Below are positions 36,601 through 46,544 of a stretch of 61,636 bases of DNA, one piece after another (position 1 is the stretch's first letter; each line of letters opens with the position of its first letter). The notes under the pieces were generated by a model that worked only from the letters and a program-made list of their open reading frames with translations, was not told the DNA's origin and did no database searches. The DNA is from a virus (taxonomy: Duplodnaviria; Caudoviricetes): the IMG/VR virus record IMGVR_UViG_3300048851_000113, positions 1-61,636 of that record. The stretch is one strand, 5' to 3'. A program made the translations under genes and the position numbers.

Positions 36601-39476
36601 GCGGCTACAGCACGGGCGCCAGCACTGCATCGATGGCCTACGCCAACGGCGTGCAGTTGGTTGGCGGTGATGGCCTCGGTGCGCTGATCGCCGGTAACGG
36701 CGGCTGGGGTGGCGTGTCCACTGGTGCGCTTGGAGCTGCCGGTGCCGCAAGCGTGGGCGCCGGCGTGGGCAGCACGTTCGCAGGCTTGGGCGCGGCGAAT
36801 GCGGCCGGTGCGGCAACGAGTGTCGGCCTTGGAACGGGCGCATTCGGTGCCGGGGCCATCGGCACCACTGGCGCTGTCACCGGCCTTGGTTCGGTGACTG
36901 GCGCAACCCTGGGAACGACCATTGGGACCGGCATCGCGCCGGTTGGCACTGCTGTGGGTTCGGCGCTCGCGGGCACCAGCATTGCGGCTGGTGGTGGTGC
37001 GGCAGGCGGTGCTGCCGCTGGCAGCTTGGCAAGCACGATGGGCGGTGCCATGTCGGCGATCGGCGCGGCCATGCCCTATATCGGTCTGGCGATCGCGGCC
37101 TACACGCTGCTGAGCGGCTCCTTCAAGGGCGAGAAGCGCAGCGGCGGCACGTTCAACTACCAGGATGGGCAAGCGGCCTTCCTGCATGGTCCGTCGGGCG
37201 GCACCGCCGGCCAGGAGGGAGTGGTCACGAACGCGATGACCGCGACCGCCGAGGGTGTGAACAGCATCCTCAAGGGCGCCGGCTCGGCGCTCAGCGTCGG
37301 CAGTCTGATCGCAGGCTTCGAAGGATCGGAGAAGGGCCGCGGCGGCGTGATGTCCGGCATCACCTTGTCGAACGGAATGAAGGTCGGCGAGGACGGCTCG
37401 GGCAGCAACTACAAGGGCACGTACTACGAGAAAAACTCGCCGCAGACGCTGACGGCGGAAGCCGCTGCTGGACTGCTGGCAACGGACCTGAAGCAGGTGC
37501 AGATCCAGGCCTTGCAGGCGGCGGACGATCTCCCGGCCGCGCTGAAGAAGTTGGTGGACGGGATCGAAGCTGAGTCGCTGAGCGACGAGGCGGTGACCGG
37601 TCTGCTGGCGAAGATCCAGGCGCAGGTCAACGGCGTCACCCAGTTCACGGCGTTCGTGGACGGCTTCGAAGGGCCGTTCGACAAGCTCAAGGGTCTGACC
37701 TATGACCTGAAGGCGAGCTTGGTCGAGGCGGCAGGCGGCGCCGAGCCGTTGACCGCCAACCTCGCCAGCTACTACGAGAACTTCACCTCCGAAGCCGATC
37801 GGATGGCGAACACGTTCACGTCGATGTCGAAGACGGCGGCGAGCGTAGGCAAGGAGCTGCCGACCACGGAGGAGGCATTCAAGTCGCTGGTCGACGGGCT
37901 GATGAATGGCCTGAGCGAGACCGACACGGAGGGCCAGAAGGCGCTGGCGACGCTGCTGAGCCTGAATGGCACGTTCAAGCAGTGGTCTGACTACACGGTC
38001 GCACAGTCCGAGGCCACGGCGGTCAAGAACAAGCAGAACGCCGACAAGCAGAAGGCCGACGTGGTCGCCGCGTTCGAAGCGCAGCTGGCGGCTGTGCAGA
38101 AAGCCGCGCAGCGTGCGAGCGCGCTCCTTTCGACGCGCAACGCCGCGGGCTCGACGGTCGACACGATCGACAAGGCCCTCGGCGGTCCGGCGGCGTTCGC
38201 TGCCCGACGTGAGCAAGAGCTGTGGGCAGCGATGCAGACCGCCTCGCTGGAACAGCAAGTGTCGCTGTCCGGCGAACTGACCAACCTGGTGCTCGAGCGA
38301 TACCAGACCGAGAAGACCAACCTGCAATCGCTGGTCGACCTCGGCAAGTCGCTGCGCGAGTACGTGAAGGGGCTGAAGGTCAGCGACCTGTCCCCGCTCA
38401 CGCTGGGCCAGAAGCTGGCCGAGGCTGCTTCCCAATACCAGGAGACGCTGGGCAAGGCTCAGGGCGGCGACCAGAAGGCCCTGGAGGCGCTGCAAGGCGC
38501 CGCGCAGACCTATCTCGAACTGCAGCGTCGGTACAGCGCATCAGGCGTCGACTACACGGCCGTCTTCGACAGCGTGACAGGGGCGCTCGATGGCTTGGGC
38601 GTCACCACCCAGACCACTGCCGAGCAGCAGCTGGCAGTCGGCGGCGAGTCGCTGGCGCAGTTGCAGCAGCTGCGCGGCATTGCTGACGGCGCGTGGAGCA
38701 CGCTGGATCGGCAGTACCAGCAGGCCGTCGCTGCATCGAACGCTGAGATGTCAGGTCTGGAGGCGCTCGCGCTCAAGGCGGGCCGTCTCGACGATGTGGC
38801 ATCGCTGCTGGCCGGCCTGCCGGCTGAGCTGGCTGCAAAGCTGCAGCCGCTGCTTGGCACGTCGACGCAGGTGCAGGGCTGGTATCAGAACAACCTCGGC
38901 CGGGACGCGGACGCCGGCGGCCTCGAGTTCTGGAGCAACGCCGCGTCGAATGGCGCGACGGAGCAGCAGTTCCAGACGGTGGCCGCGCGTGAGCAGGCGC
39001 TGATCGCGGCCTACAAGAAGGTCCTGGGTCGCGAGCCGGATGCTGCGGGCCGGGCGTTCTGGCTGTCCAGCGGCCTCGACCCGTCGCAGTTCGAGAAGGA
39101 GATCGGCAAGGCGGCGCACATCCCCGGCTATGCCCGTGGCGGCCTGACCGGTACCGGCCTGATTCTGGTCGGAGAGGAAGGGCCCGAACTGCTCGACATG
39201 CCGACTGCTGGCCGGGTCTACACGAACGACCAGTTGGCGACGGCCGTGCGAAGCGGCGGTGGTAGTGGCAACACGGCACGCCTCGAGCGCCTGGTGGAAG
39301 GACTCACCGCCAAGGTGATCGAACTGCAGACAGCGCTCGTCGCGGCCCACGACCGAAACGCTCAGGCCGTCGTCGCCACGGTGGCTGCGGGTGCCGACCA
39401 CGTCGCAACGACCGTGGAGCGATCGGTCAACGACGGCGCCTTCGAGGCGTCGCAACGCAGGGTGGAAATCGCATGA
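33681..39476 (+). CDS. Tape measure protein (1931 aa)
   Basis: [29 protein letters not shown], Ala-rich helical body, GYARGG...LVGEEGPEL near the C-terminus. Confidence 0.93.
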   Translation: [1931 protein letters not shown]

Positions 39477-40930
39477 CGGATGAGCAGTTCTTGGCCTGGC
39501 TCGACAGCCCGGCCGCGCTTCGTGTCGTCCTGGTCGAGGTAGGTGTGTCGGTGGGCGGGGTGGAGATCACCCGCCTGCTGGCTGATCGCGGGTACTCGAC
39601 GGAGGCCGGGGTGCCGTACCTGCCCGTGATCAGGGGCGGGATCTCGTTCGACGAAACGCTGCCGCTCGATGGGCAGCCGTCGCTGTCGACGGGAAGCATC
39701 GAGATCGACAACGCCAGCGGCGAACGCGATTCGTGGCTGGTCGACGTATGGCGCAACCGCGGCATCGAGGTGTTCATCGGTGACGTGAAATGGCCGCGCA
39801 GCGACTTCCGGCGGATCTTCGCCGGTACGGTCAACGACATCGGCGCGCGGGATGGGTCCGTACTGAATCTTGCCTTGCGCGACAAGCTGCAGCGGCTGAA
39901 CACGCCGCTTAGCGACGCGAAGCTGGGCGGGGAGGGTGTGAACAAGGACGTGCTCCTGCCGCACACCTTCGGCGAAACCTTCAACGTGGCGCCGCTGCTG
40001 GTCGACGAGGCACATCACGAGTACCAAGTGCACAACGGACCGATCGAGGGCGTGATCGAGGTACGGGACAACGGTGTGCCGGTGCTGTTCACCGCAACGT
40101 CGGCGACGGGCAAGTTTCGGCTGGCCAAGTCTCCGGCCGGGCAGATCACCGCGAGCGTGCAGGGATCCTCGAGCGCTGGTGGGTACACCAACACGGTCGC
40201 CGGCATCGTGCAGCGCATTGCGACCCAGTACGGCACCGTCGAGGACCGTTTCACGCTGGCCGACATCGATCTGGTGAACTTCGCAGCGTTCGACGCGGCG
40301 CACCCTCACCCCGTGGGTATTTGGATCCCGGATCGCGCGAACGTGCTCGCGGTCTGCCAGCAGCTGGCGGCGAGCGTGGGCGCGCAGCTGGCGATGTCGC
40401 GGGCGGGGCAACTGCGCCTGCTGAAGATCGACCTCCCGGCCCCGGGGCCGGCACGGTGCATCACACGCGACGACATGATCGACAAGACGTTCAAGCCTGG
40501 CCTGCGCACCGAGGTGCGCGCCGGTGCGCGGCTGGGCTACGCCCGCAACTGGACGGTTCAGCAATCACTGGAGACCGGCATCCCGGCGGCGCATCGCGAG
40601 TTGTACGAGAAGGAATATCTCGAGGCGGTCGCCAATGACAGTGACGTTGCCACCCTGTATCGGCTGCACGGTGAGCCTGAGCGTGTCGACACCCTGTTGC
40701 TGGAAACGGCCGATGCGGAGGCAGAGGCGGCGCGCCGTCTGTCGCTGTGGCGAGTCCCGCGCACGCTATGTCCGTTTCAGGGCTGGGCGTCGCTGGTGAC
40801 GATCGAGCTCGGCCAGGCGCTGACGATCATTGTTGATCGGTACGGCATGGACGACGGCGTCACCGGCATGGTGGTAGGCGTCAAGACGGATTGGAGCAAG
40901 CGCCAGGTGGGCGTGGAGGTGTTGGTATGA
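39473..40930 (+). CDS. Tail tip / hub protein
   Basis: Follows TMP; LPHTFGETFNVAP, VRDNGV. Confidence 0.7.
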   Translation: MTDEQFLAWLDSPAALRVVLVEVGVSVGGVEITRLLADRGYSTEAGVPYLPVIRGGISFDETLPLDGQPSLSTGSIEIDNASGERDSWLVDVWRNRGIEVFIGDVKWPRSDFRRIFAGTVNDIGARDGSVLNLALRDKLQRLNTPLSDAKLGGEGVNKDVLLPHTFGETFNVAPLLVDEAHHEYQVHNGPIEGVIEVRDNGVPVLFTATSATGKFRLAKSPAGQITASVQGSSSAGGYTNTVAGIVQRIATQYGTVEDRFTLADIDLVNFAAFDAAHPHPVGIWIPDRANVLAVCQQLAASVGAQLAMSRAGQLRLLKIDLPAPGPARCITRDDMIDKTFKPGLRTEVRAGARLGYARNWTVQQSLETGIPAAHRELYEKEYLEAVANDSDVATLYRLHGEPERVDTLLLETADAEAEAARRLSLWRVPRTLCPFQGWASLVTIELGQALTIIVDRYGMDDGVTGMVVGVKTDWSKRQVGVEVLV

Positions 40931-41931
40931 CGACCACCGTACGGAACGCACGCGACAAGATCTTGCAGGCGGCGACGGTCCGCACCGAGCCCGTGGTGCT
41001 ACCGCCGACTGTGATCGTGCCGCCGTCGCAGCTGGGCGCGGGTTCGCTCCCCGGTACCGTGACCGGCTCGGACGGAACGACCATCGTGCACCAGGGGAAT
41101 TTCCGCGCGCAGACCGTTGTCGCCGACCAGGTCGATACGCGCGGGCTGACGATCAAGGACGCGACGGGCAACGTCATCTTCTCGGCAGGCGTGCCCCTCA
41201 GCTCGGGGCGCATCAGCGGCCTTGGGGCGCTGGCGTCGGCGAACGTGGTGAACCTTGCGACCCAGGCCGTCGGGCAGCTCAACGGCGCAACTCAGGTGAC
41301 GAACCTCGGTCAACTGGCCTATGCGAACGTGGTGACGGCGGAGGCGATCGTCGCGGGCAGCTTCACCGGCAAGGTGTTCACCGGCGGGGAGTTCCAGGGG
41401 ACGACCTTCAAGGGCATCAACATGTCCACGGAGAACCTCTACGTCAACAGCGTGAACGCCACCGACGAGCTGAAAGCCTTCAACGTCACAGCGATCGGCA
41501 CGTCGACCATCACGAACCTCGTGGTGGGCAAGGACATCTTCGCGCCCAACGCGATCATCAACACGCTCAACTTGGCGGCGACGAACGACGTCCGCACTGT
41601 GAACCTCTATGCCACCAGTTCGGCCTCGCTGCCGAGCGGGACGTTCGTGAACGGCGGGCTCTCGGCGGGAAGCTTCTCGACGTCGGGCCAAGTGTCGGCA
41701 GGCTCGCTCAGCGTCAACGGCTCCGTGACGCTGGGCAGCCTGACCGCGGGCGCGATCAACACCAACGGCTCGAGCATCAGCGCCGGCAGCATCTCGTCGT
41801 CCTGGGACCTGTCGTGCCAGAACCTGTACGCGCACTCCACAGTCGGAGGCGCGGGGTTCAACGGCTTCGTGCGCACCGGCAATACCTACAACGTCACCAT
41901 CAACGGCCAGTCCGGAACCATCTCATTCTGA
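40927..41931 (+). CDS. Tail fibre-like beta-rich protein
   Basis: VDTRGLTIKDATGNVIF motif; Gly/Ser/Thr/Asn-rich repeats. Confidence 0.65.
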   Translation: MTTTVRNARDKILQAATVRTEPVVLPPTVIVPPSQLGAGSLPGTVTGSDGTTIVHQGNFRAQTVVADQVDTRGLTIKDATGNVIFSAGVPLSSGRISGLGALASANVVNLATQAVGQLNGATQVTNLGQLAYANVVTAEAIVAGSFTGKVFTGGEFQGTTFKGINMSTENLYVNSVNATDELKAFNVTAIGTSTITNLVVGKDIFAPNAIINTLNLAATNDVRTVNLYATSSASLPSGTFVNGGLSAGSFSTSGQVSAGSLSVNGSVTLGSLTAGAINTNGSSISAGSISSSWDLSCQNLYAHSTVGGAGFNGFVRTGNTYNVTINGQSGTISF

Positions 41932-41946
41932 CCCAAGGAACCAACC

Positions 41947-42204
41947 ATGAAGCGCACCACCGCCCTCACCGCCATTCAGATCAACGTGCCCAATCCCGCG
42001 CAGGCCGCGCCATTCCCCATCGTCATGACGTCCATCGTGGTGCTGACCGACGCGGCAGGCCAGCAGGTCGGCCATCCGATGCAGCAGCAGTTGCCGGTCA
42101 TCGCCGACGACCTGAGTCCCGAAGTGGTCGCAGCGCTCAACGGCCAGCTGGCATACCTCGGCTTCGCTCTGGCGCCGGTGGCGGCCGCGCAAGCCACGGA
42201 GTAA
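41947..42204 (+). CDS. Small tail-associated protein
   Basis: AAGGA RBS; directly after fibre-like gene. Confidence 0.55.
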   Translation: MKRTTALTAIQINVPNPAQAAPFPIVMTSIVVLTDAAGQQVGHPMQQQLPVIADDLSPEVVAALNGQLAYLGFALAPVAAAQATE

Positions 42205-42207
42205 CCC

Positions 42208-43029
42208 GTGGCGAACCTCCGCGTCATCTACGACAACGCCGCCGACCGGGCCGTAGTCACGGCCAGCAGCACGTTTGGCCAGATGGTGCCGGCGCACCTG
42301 CTGTCGGACATCAAGGGTCTGGCGCATCGATCGGTCGGGCCCGAGGTCACGTACACCCTGGCCTGGCCGACCGACGAAACGGTGGGCGGCGTGGGGCTGC
42401 CGGCGACGAACGCCACGCCCGACGCCTTGATCCGCGTGCGCGCTTTCGACGCGGACGACATCCTGCTTGCCGACACCGGTGAGCAGCTGGCCGCGCCGGC
42501 GGCGGTGATGGATATGTGGGACTGGACGCTGCCGCTGAACAGCAACGCGTTCGCCTTCGGCGGGGCGGCGAAGGTAGCGGCCTGGTTGCCGGACCACGTG
42601 GCCGCGCGCCGGCTGGAAATCACGCTGTCGGACCCGGGCAACCCGGCCGGATACATCGACTGCTCGCGCATCGTAGCCGGCGGCTACTGGTCGCCCGAAT
42701 ACAACCCCGATTACGGTTTGACGCTGGAACGTGTGGACACCACGACCGGCACCAGGGCCGACAGCGGGGACCTGCGCACCGAACGAGGGACAGGCTACGA
42801 CCAGATGGCGATGGATATGTCGGTCCTTCGGCCCAACGATCGCGCGCGGTTCATGCAGATCCTGCGCGGCACGGAGGGCGGCCGCAAAGTCTTCGTGAGC
42901 GTCTTTCCGAACGATGACGATCCGCTCCTTGAGCAGGACCACATGATTTATGGACGCATGGCGCCCGCCGGCATCGTCGCCGCGGCGGCGCGGCTCTACT
43001 CGACGAAAATTCAACTGCAAGGGTGGTGA
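42208..43029 (+). CDS. Minor tail structural protein
   Basis: NLRVIYDNAADRA, DPGNPAGYID, WSPEYNPDYG. Confidence 0.7.
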   Translation: MANLRVIYDNAADRAVVTASSTFGQMVPAHLLSDIKGLAHRSVGPEVTYTLAWPTDETVGGVGLPATNATPDALIRVRAFDADDILLADTGEQLAAPAAVMDMWDWTLPLNSNAFAFGGAAKVAAWLPDHVAARRLEITLSDPGNPAGYIDCSRIVAGGYWSPEYNPDYGLTLERVDTTTGTRADSGDLRTERGTGYDQMAMDMSVLRPNDRARFMQILRGTEGGRKVFVSVFPNDDDPLLEQDHMIYGRMAPAGIVAAAARLYSTKIQLQGW

Positions 43030-43032
43030 CCG

Positions 43033-45621
43033 ATGGGACGTTTCACGACAGGCATGAAGGGGCCCGACGCCATCCGAAAGCTCAACGAGCTGGACGACAG
43101 TGTCGCGGGCGCCATCGGCGGCGCGGAGGAAGCGATCCGCCAGGCCGAAGCCGCGCGCGACGACACTTTCGAAGCACGTGATCAGGCCGACGGTTACCGC
43201 GCCATCGCCGTCGCTGCGGGCGTGACGGCTACCGAGAAGGCGGCCGACGTCGAAGCGGCCCGACAGCACGTCGACGCGGTGGTCGTGGGGGTCGAGGCCG
43301 CCCGCAACGCGACTGCTGCTGATGCCGAGGCGACGGCCGCTGACCGGTCCGCTGTGACGCAGATCGTTGCCGACGGCGGTGCGTCCGTCGCCGCCGAAGT
43401 GGAACGGGCTGAGACCGCAGCAGCTGCGTCGGACCAGTCGCGAGCGGAGGCGGCGGAGGCCGCCGACATCGCTATCGCGAAGGCGGCAAAGACGGCCGCG
43501 GATGCCGAGGCGACCGCCGCCGATCGGCAGGCCGCGGATGCGGCTCGCACGGACGCCGAAGCGGCGGCGGGTGTCGCTACGGGCAAGGCGGGCCAGACAG
43601 CCGCTGATGCACAGGCCACCGCCGGCGACCGCCAAGCCACCCAAGCAGCGCGCGATGACGCCGTTACGGCGGCGGGCACCGCAACAGTGAAGGCCGAGCA
43701 CACTACGCAGGACGCCCAGGCGACTTCCGCCGATCGGCAGATCGTGCTCACGGCTCGCGGTGAGGCCGTGCAGGGCGCCGTCGACGCGCTCGCTGCCGCT
43801 GATGCTGCCGAGGATCACGTCGAGGCCGCCGCAGCGATCCTGGCCAGCGTGCAGGCTCACGGCAACGGCTGGACGCCCACCGTGGCGCTGGCGGAGGATG
43901 GCGAGCGGCGCGTGCTGCGCATCCTGTCCTGGGCTGGTGGCGTCGGCACTGCGCCGGCGACTGGCTATCTCGCAGAGGCGGGCGTGGTGGCGGAGCCGGC
44001 GCTCGCGATCAACGTGCGCGGCGCGGCAGGCGCGGCAGGCGCCGGAACGGGCACGGTGAGCACGGTGAACAACGTCCCGGACGTCGAGGGTAACGTGTCT
44101 CTCGGCATCGGGGACATCCCCGGGCTGCAGGAGGCGCTGGCCGCCGCGGGACAGGTGAAGACCGTGGCGGGCGTGGCACCTGGGGCCGATGGAGACGTGC
44201 CACTCACGGCCGAGGCTGTCGGCGCAGATCCGGCGGGTACCGCCGCTACGGAGGTCGCCGCGCTGGGCGAGGCGCTCGCGGCGGTCGCCTACACCGGCGC
44301 GATAGACGACATGCCGGGGCTCAGCGAGGCCATCGCCGCGGCGGGAGGCGGGTACGAAGTCGCCTCGAGCGCGCCGCCGTCCGATCCGAAGCCGGGCGAT
44401 CAGTGGCTCGACACCGCGACGGGCACGACATACACCTGGACCGTCGGCGCGGGCGCGGGCGCATGGGTGGAGCGCGTCCCGGGCACGGTCGCTTTCGGCG
44501 GCGGCGTGCGCGCGGACGCCGTGGGGATCACGGCTGTCGGTGACAGCATCACCGCGTTCGGCTTCGGCGAGAAGGGCGACTGGCTTACTCGGCTGTGCTT
44601 CCTGTCGCACCAGCGGTACCGTCGCCGGGAGACCTTCGCCATCGGCGGCAAGACGGCTCAGGAAATTGAGGCCGAGCTCCTGCCGCACGTCCTCGCGATG
44701 GATCCGCCGCCGCGCGCCTGCGTCGTCGCCGCGGGCAGCAACAACTACTTCGACGTCTCGACGGTGGACGCCGGCCTCCATGCCGTTGGGCGGATGTGCT
44801 CGCGGCTCGCCGCTGTCGGCATCCTCCCGGTGCTGTGGACCGTCCCGCCGCGCGGCGATATCCCGGGCAGCCTGGCGCAAGTGTGCCGCTGGAATGCGGG
44901 AATCCACAGGCTGCGCGCACGGCACGCCTTCCCGCTGCTCGACGCGTTCGCGGCCCTGACCGACCCGGCGACGGGCACCATCCCCGCCGAGCTCACCACA
45001 GACGGCACGCACCCAACGAACAAGGGTGCCGCGACCATCGCGCGGCACGCGCTCGACGACCCGCTCTTCTCCGGCGCCCCACAGGACGGCGCGCCGCTCA
45101 TCGCCGCGACGGACCTCGACTCGTCGAACCTCATGACGCGTGGTTGCTTCACCGGGGACAGCGGGACGCCTGGCGTCGCACAAGGCCTGTACTCGTGGAA
45201 CACGCACGGCGGCAGCCTGATCGCGGGCGCACCGGCAGGCCGGTGGCAGCGCATCACCCGACCGGCAGGCGCGGCACCGAATGACGGAAACATCGGCATC
45301 CCCGATTTCCCCGTCGTCGCCGGCCGCGCTTACGACTTCGTGGGCCGCCTCGAATCGGCCTTCAACGACGCGCAGGCCGGCACCTTCAACGGTCTGATGG
45401 CCCTGGTCTGGAGCGCCGCGGACGACACGCAGGTGAAGTTCGAGTGGCTGGTGGGCACGCCAGGCCTGGCCACCGAGTCGGGGACGTTCTACGTGCAGAC
45501 GATCGCCCCGGCCGGCGCGGCTAAGTGCCTGCCGATCTTCCAGCAGTCGAGCACCGCCACCGCGCCCACCGTCGACGCGTGGTTCCAAGTCAACGCGCTG
45601 ACCGCGCGCGACGTCACCTAA
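43033..45621 (+). CDS. Tail spike/fibre: coiled-coil stalk, SGNH/GDSL esterase, C-terminal beta-sandwich-like region
   Basis: ADAEATAADR repeats; VGDSIT, AIGG, AGSNN, DGTHP blocks. Confidence 0.82.
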   Translation: MGRFTTGMKGPDAIRKLNELDDSVAGAIGGAEEAIRQAEAARDDTFEARDQADGYRAIAVAAGVTATEKAADVEAARQHVDAVVVGVEAARNATAADAEATAADRSAVTQIVADGGASVAAEVERAETAAAASDQSRAEAAEAADIAIAKAAKTAADAEATAADRQAADAARTDAEAAAGVATGKAGQTAADAQATAGDRQATQAARDDAVTAAGTATVKAEHTTQDAQATSADRQIVLTARGEAVQGAVDALAAADAAEDHVEAAAAILASVQAHGNGWTPTVALAEDGERRVLRILSWAGGVGTAPATGYLAEAGVVAEPALAINVRGAAGAAGAGTGTVSTVNNVPDVEGNVSLGIGDIPGLQEALAAAGQVKTVAGVAPGADGDVPLTAEAVGADPAGTAATEVAALGEALAAVAYTGAIDDMPGLSEAIAAAGGGYEVASSAPPSDPKPGDQWLDTATGTTYTWTVGAGAGAWVERVPGTVAFGGGVRADAVGITAVGDSITAFGFGEKGDWLTRLCFLSHQRYRRRETFAIGGKTAQEIEAELLPHVLAMDPPPRACVVAAGSNNYFDVSTVDAGLHAVGRMCSRLAAVGILPVLWTVPPRGDIPGSLAQVCRWNAGIHRLRARHAFPLLDAFAALTDPATGTIPAELTTDGTHPTNKGAATIARHALDDPLFSGAPQDGAPLIAATDLDSSNLMTRGCFTGDSGTPGVAQGLYSWNTHGGSLIAGAPAGRWQRITRPAGAAPNDGNIGIPDFPVVAGRAYDFVGRLESAFNDAQAGTFNGLMALVWSAADDTQVKFEWLVGTPGLATESGTFYVQTIAPAGAAKCLPIFQQSSTATAPTVDAWFQVNALTARDVT

Positions 45622-45632
45622 CAGGACAGAAC

Positions 45633-46544
45633 ATGGCAATCAGCTTCCCCGCGAATCCCGTAGCGGGCCAGGAGTACGCCTTCGGCAACAAGCTGTGGCG
45701 CTTCAATGGCGTGGCCTGGGACGCCCAGCCGCTACCCGCCGTCGCCGACGCCTGGAAAGAGGCCGTCGGTTCCCTACCGGCGCTCGAGACAGCGGACAAG
45801 TCCGACCTGGTCGGTGCGATCAACGAGGTGCATGGACAGGTCGAGTTGCTGGCCGAGACGGTGGACGAGGGCGTGAACGGCCTTGACGGCAAAATCGGCC
45901 AACTCGAGGAGCTCAGTACCGTCGACAAGACCTCCCTGGTCCGGGCGCTCAACGAGGTGAACGCCAAACCCTCCGGCAGCGGCACCACGGCGCTCCCGCC
46001 CAACTTCAGCTTCAACTCGCTGCTCACGCCCGGAAAATTCTACGGCGACTCCACCTCGGCCGACGGTCCGAATCCGGGCAACTCGAGCAGCTACGCCGTC
46101 GATGTCGAGCTCATTGTGGTCGGCGAGCCGTCGTTGATTCTGGTGTTCCAGACGGCCAAGGATGGCGTCAACATCTGGACCCGACCGGTTATGGCCTTCG
46201 ACGACGTGGTGAACCCGTCGCCGTGGACCATGGTGAAACAGACCGGCAAGGCCGAGGTGATGTACGGAAACACCATCAATTTCGGTTACGAGAGCGTCGA
46301 GATGACGATCACGGCGGACACGGCGTTCCACACGTACGGCGCGCCGCCGTCGGGGCAGGTCGGCGTGGTGGTAATGGACCTCATCAACGCGGGCGCCTTC
46401 ACGCTGACCTTCCCGGCCGGGTCGAAGTGGGCCGGCGGCGTGAAGCCGACCTTCACGGCGTCGGGGCGCGACAAGGTCGCCGTCATGACCGACGACGGCG
46501 GCGCGACGCTCGACTGGATGCTGCTGGCCAAGGACATCAAATGA
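45633..46544 (+). CDS. Tail fibre / adaptor protein
   Basis: MAISFPANP...WRFNGVAW; two LxTxDKxxLVxAxNEV repeats; FPAGSKWAGG C-terminus. Confidence 0.72.
   Translation: MAISFPANPVAGQEYAFGNKLWRFNGVAWDAQPLPAVADAWKEAVGSLPALETADKSDLVGAINEVHGQVELLAETVDEGVNGLDGKIGQLEELSTVDKTSLVRALNEVNAKPSGSGTTALPPNFSFNSLLTPGKFYGDSTSADGPNPGNSSSYAVDVELIVVGEPSLILVFQTAKDGVNIWTRPVMAFDDVVNPSPWTMVKQTGKAEVMYGNTINFGYESVEMTITADTAFHTYGAPPSGQVGVVVMDLINAGAFTLTFPAGSKWAGGVKPTFTASGRDKVAVMTDDGGATLDWMLLAKDIK

Noticed and set aside
35163-45639. Very long minus-strand ORFs (1110 aa and 1238 aa; also 27815-30136 and 58222-61476)
   Set aside because: Shadow frames of high-GC genes on the opposite strand, with no recognisable motifs.
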